DNA of 9,852 nt from Octopus sinensis (GCF_006345805.1 NW_021827809.1:1-9852); one strand, 5' to 3'; counted from the stretch's first letter, positions 1 to 9,052 are shown. Numbers and translations: made by a program. Notes: generated from the sequence alone by a model not told the origin.

Positions 1-121
1 TGATTTGGGTTTCATGTGTGTGCGTATAGATTCTACGTTTAAGATACAAATAATATGATATTATGTCTAAACTATAATATATAACTTTAATAAACATATG
101 TTTATTAAATGTTTGCATTAA

Positions 122-335
122 GGCAGCAAGCAGAATCGTTAGTGTGCCGGCCAAATGCTTAGTGGTGTTTGGTCCGTCTTTATATTCTGAGTTCAAATCC
201 TGCCGTAGTCGACTTTGCCTTTCATTCTTACGGGGTCGATAAAATAAGTACCAGCAGAGCACTGGGGTCAATGTAATCGACTTACCCTTTCTCCCTAAAT
301 TGCTGGCCTTGTGCCAACACTTGAAATCAATATTA
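122..335 (+). mobile_element. tRNA-derived SINE, family A, near full length, tail type 1
   Basis: Aligns by eye over about 150 bp with 9053-9204 and, as reverse complement, with 5872-6009. B-box GTTCAAATC at 191-199 and a degenerate A-box-like TAGTGTGCCGG near 140-150. Shared module ACTGGGGTCAATGTAATCGACT at 261-282. Resembles octopus tRNA-derived SINEs as recalled. Confidence 0.85.
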
Positions 336-780
336 ATATTTGTATATGTAACATGTCTGCTTGTATATTCAAAGTATATTCAAAAGTTATCCATAGATAT
401 ATACACACTCACAGGGTGGTGTCTATACGGCGGATTCTATATTTATTATGAATTAAAAATAATTATTTTTTCTTCACTAAAATCTGCATGAAACTCAGAC
501 ATCACTCAAAGTTGTCTCTCAAATTCTCTTTGATGCTCCTACACTGTCTTTCTCTATCACTCGATTATCAGTTCAATATGTGTCTTTCAGTGCCGGCCTC
601 TCCACTCCTCCGTCCTCTTATAATGCCACTACCACAAGCCTCATCTACCCAAAGCCCCACCGTATCATATCTGGCAATCATATTCACTGTCATTCAAACA
701 CACTGCTATGTACGAGGTTTTGTAACTTGAACGGGAGACGTAACGACTGTTTTTTTTCCTTTGGCAAAATATGCACAAGA

Positions 781-786
781 TCTCTC

Positions 787-824
<38 letters not shown>
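781..824. repeat. compound (TC)n-(CA)n microsatellite
   Basis: Directly visible; followed by degenerate CA/TA-rich low-complexity sequence to about 965. Confidence 0.95.
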
Positions 825-1129
825 AACCTCGTAAAATCCAATTTTCAAAATACGCATACACGCACACATATAAATATACATACATACACACATGCTTACA
901 TACATATATACATACATAACCCATCAATATATATGTGTGTATATATATAATAATATATATGTGTGTGATTATTAAGTTTGAAAGCAGAGAGGTCTAATGA
1001 ATACAAATTAATTTATTAATTAATTAACATATTCACCTACGACTGTTTCATTTCACAAAGTTAAAGATAAATAACATATATGAATATATAATTTTGCATT
1101 TTAAAATGCCTTTAATGGAAAATCATCAG

Positions 1130-1290
1130 GGTGTACGAAGGACCGGTATATAAGTGTGTTGTGGGGGGGGGTGCGTGTGTCTGTGATGTGTGTGTATATA
1201 AATACTGAGGTCGACTCGTTCGACTATAGTTCTTCGAGTCTTTGCCCCTCCATGGCCGTAGTCTAATGACTGAAACAAGTGAAAAAAAAG
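1130..1290 (+). mobile_element. 3' part of a SINE (shared hairpin module plus tail type 3), preceded by a TG/G-rich low-complexity spacer
   Basis: ACTGAGGTCGACTCGTTCGACT at 1204-1225 matches the module at 261-282 and 9183-9204. It is followed by CATGGCCGTAGTCTAATGACTGAAACAAGTG and an A-rich end, recalled as a common octopus SINE 3' end. The part upstream of 1203 is only weakly assigned. Confidence 0.65.
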
Positions 1291-1332
1291 ATATATATAT
1301 ATATTACATATATGTATATATATATATATATT

Positions 1333-1376
<44 letters not shown>

Positions 1377-1600
1377 TAGATAGATAGATATACATATATA
1401 TACATATATATATGTATATATGTATACGTACATACACACACACACACACACACACATAAATATACGACTAATACGCATATAAACATATACATACACACAC
1501 ACATATTTGTATATAAATATATAGACATATGTACACATTACACACACACACATATATATGTGTGTGTGTGTGTATATGCGTAAATACAAGCACACGTATT
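1291..1600. repeat. compound microsatellite block: (TA)n, (AG)18 at 1334-1369, (AGAT)n, then mixed CA/TA/TG
   Basis: Directly visible tandem repeats. Confidence 0.95.
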
Positions 1601-1766
1601 AGTTGTAGAGATATATTTGCCTATCTAATGAATGCACAGAATACGTAGTTCTCTAGCATGTGTCATGTCTGTATTTGCGCGTGTTTCTATTGACATATGT
1701 ATAAATGGCTGTACATGTATATCCGTGTGAATATATGCGTTTTTATATTCATGTAAGCGCATGCAT

Positions 1767-1802
1767 ATACAACCATTTATACACATACAACCATTTATAC
1801 AC
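1767..1802. repeat. perfect 18-bp tandem duplication (ATACAACCATTTATACAC x2)
   Basis: Units at 1767-1784 and 1785-1802 are identical. Confidence 0.9.
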
Positions 1803-1994
1803 ACGTACATATGAACGAACACATATAAATATACATATATCTATATGATATATAGTAGAAAACGATATGGTGTGTGCATTCATCAAATATGCAAATATGT
1901 ATCTATAATTAATACAAATGCATGTGTTCACGCACATATGTATATTTGCAATATGTACGCATGTCTGTACATGTACGTAAATCCATACCTACAA

Positions 1995-2075
1995 CCATAC
2001 ATACATACCAACATCTATACATGCATACATACATACATATATATACATACATACATACATACATACATACATTAT

Positions 2076-2107
<32 letters not shown>

Positions 2108-2140
2108 GCTATATATTATATATATATATTATATATGCAC
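1995..2140. repeat. (CATA)n followed by degenerate (TA)n microsatellite
   Basis: Directly visible. Confidence 0.9.
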
Positions 2141-2280
2141 TTCATGCGACCATATTAGTTTCCTTATCTATTTTTTCTATCAACTTATCTGAGTTCTCCT
2201 TCACGAAAATACACAAACAGACATATATTTTGTCCCGTAAGTTTGTACGTTATACTATCTACGAAGCTCTCAACAAGATT

Positions 2281-2282
2281 AT

Positions 2283-2315
<33 letters not shown>

Positions 2316-2472
2316 TATAAATACATACAATACATACATACCTATATATATATATATATATATAATATATATTAGATATATATATATTATATATTATATA
2401 TATATATATATGTGTATGTATATACATTTATTTATATACATATACCTACATATATATACATATATATATATT
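2281..2472. repeat. (CATA)n/(TA)n compound microsatellite
   Basis: Directly visible. Confidence 0.9.
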
Positions 2473-2579
2473 GAATGTTTATAACACTAGTTTAAGATAG
2501 AAAACGCTTCGATTCCCGTCAAAAATTTGCTTACACACTCATGTATAGTAGTGTGTATGAGCCTTTCTTTAGTCAGACA

Positions 2580-2868
2580 CACATACACACATGTATATTT
2601 ATATGTGTATGTGTGCGTATGTGTGTGTATTATATATATATATATATATATATATAAATCTATATATATATATATATATAATATATATATTATATATATA
2701 ATATTATATATATATATATATATACATATATAAAACGCATGTGACTATTTCTAAGTAGTATGCAAGCACACATGCATACATATATCCATTCATCCATCCA
2801 TTCATCCATACATACAAACATACATACAAACACATACACGGACACACAAATGTATGTATGTGTGTATG

Positions 2869-2902
<34 letters not shown>

Positions 2903-2935
2903 TGAATGTACTTACATATACTCATACATAGAAAT
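2580..2935. repeat. (TG)/(TA)n block followed by (CATA/CCAT)n and then (TATG)n
   Basis: Directly visible; long degenerate TA tract at about 2630-2732 and (TATG)n at about 2850-2903. Confidence 0.9.
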
Positions 2936-3659
2936 ATATGTAGCACAAATGTACATAGATATTTGCTAAGGAATGTTGAATGTTGTGGGAATCCCACTGC
3001 CAAGAACTCATAGTCATTCCTTCCAACTTACGTATAATGGTAAATAGATAGTATGACAGTATCATGGTATTGCACCACAGTAGTCGTTTGTTCAGTAGTT
3101 CTGAAGCTGTAGGCGCATTGACGAATATGTCAGCTTGAAAAACCAAACATTCACTTCAACACTACACAAACACATCCTTTATCCAGTAAACACGCCGAGC
3201 CTCTTTCTACCGAGCCGCTCAACATTCTTGTATATGCAGTCAAATCTCCTTCACGAAATACCCTACCATCTTTTAACAAAGATAGCGACCACATACAGGC
3301 TTCTTCGTTGGATCATGTTGTTGTAACTGCTGTTGCGCTTTATATTTTTATTATGATATCCCGTTAACAGAAATGGCATTTCGTGTCCTGCAGCATATCC
3401 TGGTCCCCTTAATGGCAAAAGACTTTAAATTTCAACTGTTATAATCCATTTAGTGAAAGTTAGTAAAATTCACCATTGCCAGGTCACCTCCAAGACATTA
3501 ACTCTTCAATTAAATAAATACTTTTGTAGAGCTCACCATCGTAGAGACACCTCTCTGTTTCAAAGAACATTTCCTCTCAACAGCTTTCGTGCACTGAAAC
3601 TAAATAATAGCACGAGTTTACCACTGAAATGTGAAAGATGTATCCTTCTATAGCAGAGG

Positions 3660-3752
3660 CTGTTAACTCTGGGAAAGTGTCTCCTACCATAGCTTTTACT
3701 CGAGCCAAACTTTGTATAATTGAGTAAATGGAAACTGTATAGAAGCCTATCC
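3660..3752 (+). mobile_element. old, diverged SINE fragment of family B with a CORE-like motif
   Basis: GTAAATGGAAACTG at 3724-3737 matches GTAGATGGAAACTG (reverse complement of 7807-7820) at 13/14 positions. TAACTCTGGGAAAGT near 3664-3678 resembles the CORE/MIR motif TGACCTTGGGCAAGT. Confidence 0.55.
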
Positions 3753-4059
3753 ACCGGATTATGGCTGTAATTCATTGGTCCAACTTTGTCACTAACTGTG
3801 AAGATCTGGCTTTATCTGAAAGTTACGTTTATGGACAATTGTCAATGGAAGCTTACACTAATATACAGCCTATTCCGCCCAACGCTGTAATGACTCCACC
3901 ATTTTACCCCCTTAGACACATATTCTAATCGATTTGGTTATCTATAACCTGCCCTTACAAATTTGTAGTATTCGATCAGTGTAAGATGTCAATATCAACA
4001 CTTATGCAATCGAGTAATCGATCTGTCTATCGATAAATAAAATACGTAAAACTACAGCA

Positions 4060-4412
4060 AGAAAGATTTTACCTTCGTATCCTAATGTTGTGAGTTTAAT
4101 TTCCAGCAATGTACTCTTCGCCGTTTGTCTGTGTTCGTAATTAACATGTACTTTAGGATTCAAGAAAAAGAGAATGAGTAAGTGAAAGAGAGATGTTGTG
4201 AGATATTCTGCGTCGGTGGTCATTCGACATGCTAACATGAATAAGCAAATCTTTCTTTTGTCATGACACGGTACAAACTGAGGAGCACGATGTAACCAGT
4301 GATAAGCAATTTCCAAATAAGGATGGGTCACGGATGGAACGTTTCTGTAACATACATATGGCTTAGGCTTAAACAATAGTGACACCACAAGCAACAACAG
4401 GAACAACAACAA
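4060..4412 (+). mobile_element. possible very old SINE-like relic (tRNA-like head, CAA-rich tail)
   Basis: GTTGTGAGTTTAATTTCC near 4087-4104 resembles a decayed B-box region, and the segment ends in a degenerate (CAA)n run at about 4387-4412. Internal similarity to octopus repeats is from memory only. Confidence 0.3.
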
Positions 4413-4823
4413 TGCGTTAACCTTTTATATCTTTAGTCAGGAGAAAAAGCTGAAAAGAAATGCGTGCTACTGTTACTGTGCATTCATGTCGCATACACAA
4501 TCTATATGAAAAAGTTCCCTCTTCCTGAATCTGCACATAGTCCACAAAAACATAAGGGAAGGGCTACATAATACCCACTGTATCGACTGCACGACTGTAA
4601 TCTATTCAGAAGTTATAACACAAGGCTACTGCAGATTACCAGGAAACAAAAGCACATCTGAATACCGTCTACTCTTGAACAATAATGCTCACAAATCATT
4701 TCACAACCTTCTACATATGCTAGGGATTAACATTGAGTCTCCAGCTTCTCATTCAAACCTTTAAAAACTCTACACTGACAAAACTTGCATTACAAAAGCT
4801 GGCTTTCTCTTTTTCAATTTTTC

Positions 4824-4915
4824 GAGAGAGAGAGAGAGAGACAAGGACAGAGACAGAGAAAGAAGGGGAGAGACAGAGAGAGGAGAGTAAAACAGACAGG
4901 TCGACAGACAAACAG
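4824..4915. repeat. (GA)n and degenerate AG/AGAC purine-rich tract
   Basis: Pure (GA)n at 4824-4841, degenerate afterwards. Confidence 0.85.
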
Positions 4916-5034
4916 AATAAACTTAGTTTAGTAGGTGAACTCGCTAAACGCAAATGGACGTTAAGCTAAGGCTGTACTCATACATAACTAGATTTATTGT
5001 CTAGAATATGAGTGGTTGCCTGTGTGCGCTTGCA

Positions 5035-5068
5035 TGTATGTGTATATTTGTTTACACACACAAATATA

Positions 5069-5135
<67 letters not shown>

Positions 5136-5253
5136 AACACACACACAATATATACAAATAATATGTGTGTATACATATATATATATAATATACACATATA
5201 TATATATATACACACACACATACACATGTGTATTTACATATAGACACATAAAC

Positions 5254-5284
<31 letters not shown>

Positions 5285-5345
5285 CTTTTGTACGCGTATA
5301 TAATAAATATATATGTATGTATGTATGTTTATTTATTTATTTATA
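5035..5345. repeat. (TA)n microsatellite (about 5064-5135) with CA/TG-mixed flanks
   Basis: Directly visible. Confidence 0.92.
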
Positions 5346-5597
5346 TATTTGCATTTATCATGTGTGAGTTGGTGCATGTTCACACCCACAGACACTTTCA
5401 CAATATAGACATTGTAGACATCTATCTAGATGAAAGTCATCTGCTTGATAGAAAAGCCTTCATCCTGCAACTGGGCCATCATTGGACTGTAACTGTTTTA
5501 TCATTCTCAGTCTCTCTTTCTCTATCTTTGTCCCCACCCCGCTCTCTCTCTGTTTCTAAGTTTTCTTACGTCATGCTATTCAGTCTCCTTCTCGTCT

Positions 5598-5822
5598 TAT
5601 ATGTGTGTATGTGTGTATTTGGCCATGTGTATATACATACATGTGTGTATATATGTGTATGTATTTAGATACACACACACGCACAAATATGTATATATAT
5701 ATATGTGTGTGTGTATGTGTGTTAGTGTGCGTGTGCATGTATGTATACATGCCTATACATATCTGCATACACATCTATATGAAAATGCTTTATGTGCTTG
5801 CGTGTGAGCGCGTGTATATATT
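5598..5822. repeat. degenerate TG/TA/CA low-complexity tract
   Basis: Directly visible. Confidence 0.85.
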
Positions 5823-5871
5823 TAGAGGATGATGTTACTTGATATTCCAATAATGATTTTTAACAGGAATA

Positions 5872-6009
5872 ATTAATGGTTTCAAATTTTACCACAAGAC
5901 CAGCAATTTTGGGGAAGGGGTTATGTCGATTACATTGACCCCAGTGTACAACTGTTACTTATTTCATCCGCTCCAAAAGGATGAAAGGCAGAGTCAACCT
6001 CGGCAGAAT
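5872..6009 (-). mobile_element. SINE family A, tail type 1, lacking its tRNA-like head
   Basis: Reverse complement aligns to about 197-334, including module ACTGGGGTCAATGTAATCGAC (5925-5945) and the same tail. Homology stops at the B-box position, where an (AAT)n array begins. Confidence 0.85.
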
Positions 6010-6015
6010 AACGAC

Positions 6016-6070
<55 letters not shown>

Positions 6071-6094
6071 TAATAATAATAATAATAATAATAA
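6016..6094. repeat. (AAT)n microsatellite, about 26 units with one interruption near 6070
   Basis: Directly visible. Confidence 0.97.
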
Positions 6095-6743
6095 AGATAT
6101 AGTAATACAGATTTAATAACAATTACGATAATAGTAATATAAATTATTTCCTTATTTTCCACCAAGATATTGATTCGATAGTTTTAGAAATTATAGTGAA
6201 GACACGCAGAAGTCCTCACCCCCATAATAAAACGGCAATGTGAGTAGTAAAAGAAATACGATAGATTTGGCTATAAATTTTTATTGTAATTAACAGAAAA
6301 ATAGAATTCTTCTGCTACTAAAATACATAACAAAAAAAAGAAGAAAATGCAATAAGGACCGAGATATTAACAAGTTCTGCACACTCTCTATATTGCGAGT
6401 GATGCTATTTATTATTATTTAACAGCTAAATGCAATGAGTGTATTATATTCAGGTTCGGTGTTGCTTTTAAAAACTATTATTTATTGGCAATTCATTCAT
6501 TCAGTTATTCGCTTATATATATTCATTCATAAACCTGTCTATCTGTTTGCTGCATAACAAGAGAGCCTCAAATTCAACGTTAGATCTGCTAGAAATAGCA
6601 GTTGATATTTCCCCCTCCACTTCATACATCGATATATTTAATGGACAAATAATAGGATATAAAGGATAGTCACAGGAATGGAGTTGGGGAATGGGGAATG
6701 TCTTCCATTCATCTAGAAATAACTTTGTCTTTATATATATATA

Positions 6744-7699
6744 CTACTCTTCATAATCTTCATAATCTACATAAACGACCTTTCCAGTGTCGTACATTAC
6801 TGCAAAGTGAAAATATTTGCTGATGACACTAAGCTCCAGCAAATCGTCAATGAAGAAGCAGACCGAACTCAACTCCAGTCTGATCTATATGCTGTGAGTC
6901 AATGGGCAGACAGAAACAAAATGCAACTGAACGAGGGAAAATTTGAGCTGATGCATTTTGGAAGAAATTCCTCACTAAAACAGCCATACTCTCTTCCTTC
7001 AGGAGAACCGCTCATGCCTCTAACAATATCTGAGACCTGGGTGTAATTGTTGATGACGATCTCAGTTGGAGTGCACACATCAACAAGAAGGTCGATATAG
7101 CTCGTAGGATGAATTCCTGGATCTTAAGAACTTTCCGGTCCAGAGAACAAGGTGTCATCATACCACTTTTCTCCTCCTTTGTACGGCCACACCTCGAATA
7201 CTGCTGCCCACTGTGGTCTCCCCATACAAGACAAAACATCTCGAGGATTGAATCACCCCAGAGAGCACTCACTAAACGAATTGAAGGCATGGCTGCTCTC
7301 GATTATTGGGATTGTCTTAAAGCCTTGAAACTCTACTCTCTCCAGCGTCGCCGTGAGCGGTACATCATTTGTACGATGTGGAGAATATACCGCCAACTTT
7401 GCCCAAATGACCTGAACATTAGCTTCAAGGTTCACCCAAGACTGGGACCATGGGCCATACGTCCCCTGCCCAATTCAAGATCACAGCATACATGTACACT
7501 ACAACATAATTTTTTTTCCTCAACAGGCCCTGCCCTATTTAACATTGTCCCGAAAGGGATCAAAGAGGAACAGGATCCCATCAACTTTAAACGGAGTCTG
7601 GATAGATTCCTTCAAGGAATACCAGATAAGCCACCCATAATTGGATACAATTCACCCAACAAAAACTCACTACTTGAATGGACCATAAACAAAACTTGA
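6744..7699 (+). pseudogene. decayed LINE ORF2 remnant (3' half of reverse transcriptase plus C-terminal domain)
   Basis: Frame 1 runs from 6744 to about 7016. An inferred 1-nt deletion follows (ATG[G]CCTCTAAC would give MASN), then a premature TGA at 7031-7033 (I*DLGV, probably CGA/Arg). The frame is then open to TGA at 7697-7699. It joins ORFs 6807..7046 and 7109..7699. Confidence 0.88.
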
Positions 7700-7756
7700 C
7701 TTAAACAGTATTCAAATAATCCTATCAGGTGGTGCTATTAAGTTAGACATGGCCTG

Positions 7757-7771
7757 GACCAATCATTGGTC
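7757..7771 (+). other. 3'-terminal stem-loop of the LINE (GACCAA-TCA-TTGGTC)
   Basis: Perfect 6-bp inverted repeat with a 3-nt loop, 14 nt before the element end. 3' stem-loops are established RT-recognition signals in CR1/L2-group LINEs; function here is inferred. Confidence 0.6.
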
Positions 7772-7803
7772 GAAACATATCTAAGTTTATATATATATAT
7801 ATA

Positions 7804-7929
7804 TTTCAGTTTCCATCTACCAAAAACACTCTCAAGTCTTTCGTCGGCCGGAGTGCCACGCAGTGGGACTGAACCCGGAACCATGTGGTTGGTAAACAAG
7901 CTACTTACCACACAGCCACTCCTGCGCCT
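7804..7929 (-). mobile_element. tRNA-derived SINE, family B, 5' part with a probable internal deletion
   Basis: On the minus strand: A-box TGGCTGTGTGG (7908-7918), B-box GGTTCAGTCCC (7865-7875), then ...GGTAGATGGAAACTGAAA running into (TA)n. Resembles octopus CORE-type SINEs as recalled. Confidence 0.8.
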
Positions 7930-7961
7930 ACGCCTATATATACAAATACACACACATACAC

Positions 7962-8088
<127 letters not shown>

Positions 8089-8669
8089 TGGGTAAGATCC
8101 AAGATCCAAGTGTAGGAAGTTTGTGCGCTCGTTCGCGAAGCTCGATTTAGAAACATAATGTCGTCCTCGATAAATACTTAACAAACCTTCATATGCTCAC
8201 TTCCTTATATAGAATGCTATTCTGTAGCCCACCCACGGCTTTCTGACATTTATACATACTTGTTTTTTCGCCTGTCACTGCACTCAGTTATGGTCTTAGG
8301 AAGTCAGTGGGAAAAATAACAGAAACAAAGCAACGAGGATTCCCGTTGATAGGCTAGTTCATCTCTGCACTACAGAGGAATTAGGATATGTGTGTATTTA
8401 AATGTATATGTTCTAAATATATCCAGATGGATCTTGGATGATTTACAGAGAAAAAAAAAAGACACCAGTTTGGTGATCCTTAAATTTAGGATAGTACTTT
8501 CACTTTTAGTACTACTTATTTAGGCATCTGACTAAATACAATACTAAATGTTATTGCTGTGGTGCAACCAATTCGATTGTTACAAATTTTGAAATATTTT
8601 GAATTACTATTCAGTTTTATTCTTATTCTTTTACACAAATAGATGCGCACACGCGTCTGTGTGTGTGTG

Positions 8670-8740
8670 CATACATACATACATACATACATACATACAT
8701 ACATACATACATACATACATACATACATACATACATACAT
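8670..8740. repeat. perfect (CATA)17 microsatellite
   Basis: Directly visible; preceded by a short (TG)n. Confidence 0.97.
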
Positions 8741-8839
8741 GCATCCATGCATGCTTACATACATAAATATGTACAGCGATTCTTTCTGTGTCTGTTGGTC
8801 TTTGTAACTTTGTAACTTCTACCTCCCAATCTTCCTATT

Positions 8840-9050
8840 GTACGCGGGTGGTGAGTTGTGTTCTAAAGCAAAACGCTTGCGACCACTTTGAAACCCGACG
8901 TGTGATACAAGGGGCACCTGTTCAGGCAATGTCAGTTTGGTGGAGGCAGCGAGTTAATGTACCGTAGAAACATTTGATCACTGTAAACAAATCATTTGTG
9001 CAGGTTGTTCAGCAAGAAATTGCAGACCCATCATCTTCCTATCTACCAAT
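8840..9050. mobile_element. probable interspersed repeat of unknown class
   Basis: Non-coding and more GC/CpG-rich than its flanks, abutting a SINE. Resembles a recurrent octopus repeat from memory only; no second copy in the window. Confidence 0.35.
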
Positions 9051-9052
9051 CT

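Larger units (their letters stand above)
6744..7785 (+). mobile_element. 5'-truncated non-LTR retrotransposon (LINE) of the CR1 group
   Basis: Encodes RT motifs LLFII..YINDL, IFADDTKL and DLGV, plus the CR1-type C-terminal region FVRPHLEYCCPLWSPH...LYSLQRRRERY. Short 3' UTR with a stem-loop. Flanked by identical TTTATATATATATA at 6730-6743 and 7786-7799. Confidence 0.9.

Noticed and set aside
690-2969. Many 60-110 aa ORFs rich in Y/I/V/C/M/H/T
   Set aside because: They are translations of TA/TG/CA/CATA microsatellites that happen to lack stops in some frames.
2985-2997. Palindrome GTGGGA-A-TCCCAC
   Set aside because: Short and isolated; chance or a decayed SINE B-box region.
3560-3775. Minus-strand protein-like frames (MNYSHNP... 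and IIQSLARVKAMVGDTFPELT...)
   Set aside because: They overlap the reverse complement of the CORE-like SINE relic at 3660-3752.
4002-4412. 136-aa minus-strand ORF with a signal-peptide-like start, and a TATAAAA at about 4423-4429 on the minus strand
   Set aside because: It has a TTG start, and the Leu run is the reverse complement of a degenerate (CAA)n tract. No family motif is recognised, the length is near what chance gives in six frames of 10 kb, and it overlaps a probable plus-strand repeat relic.
4733-5832. ORFs at 4733-4969, 4753-4953 and 4978-5832
   Set aside because: They are dominated by AG, TA and TG repeats; no coding signal.
5959-6165. ORF with poly-Tyr/poly-Ile runs
   Set aside because: Translation of the (AAT)n array.
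7012-7435. Minus-strand ORFs 7012..7290 and 7253..7435
   Set aside because: Antisense shadows of LINE ORF2.
7860-7929. Possible tRNA gene
   Set aside because: A and B boxes are present but I could not fold a full cloverleaf, and it runs into SINE body sequence, so it is a SINE head.
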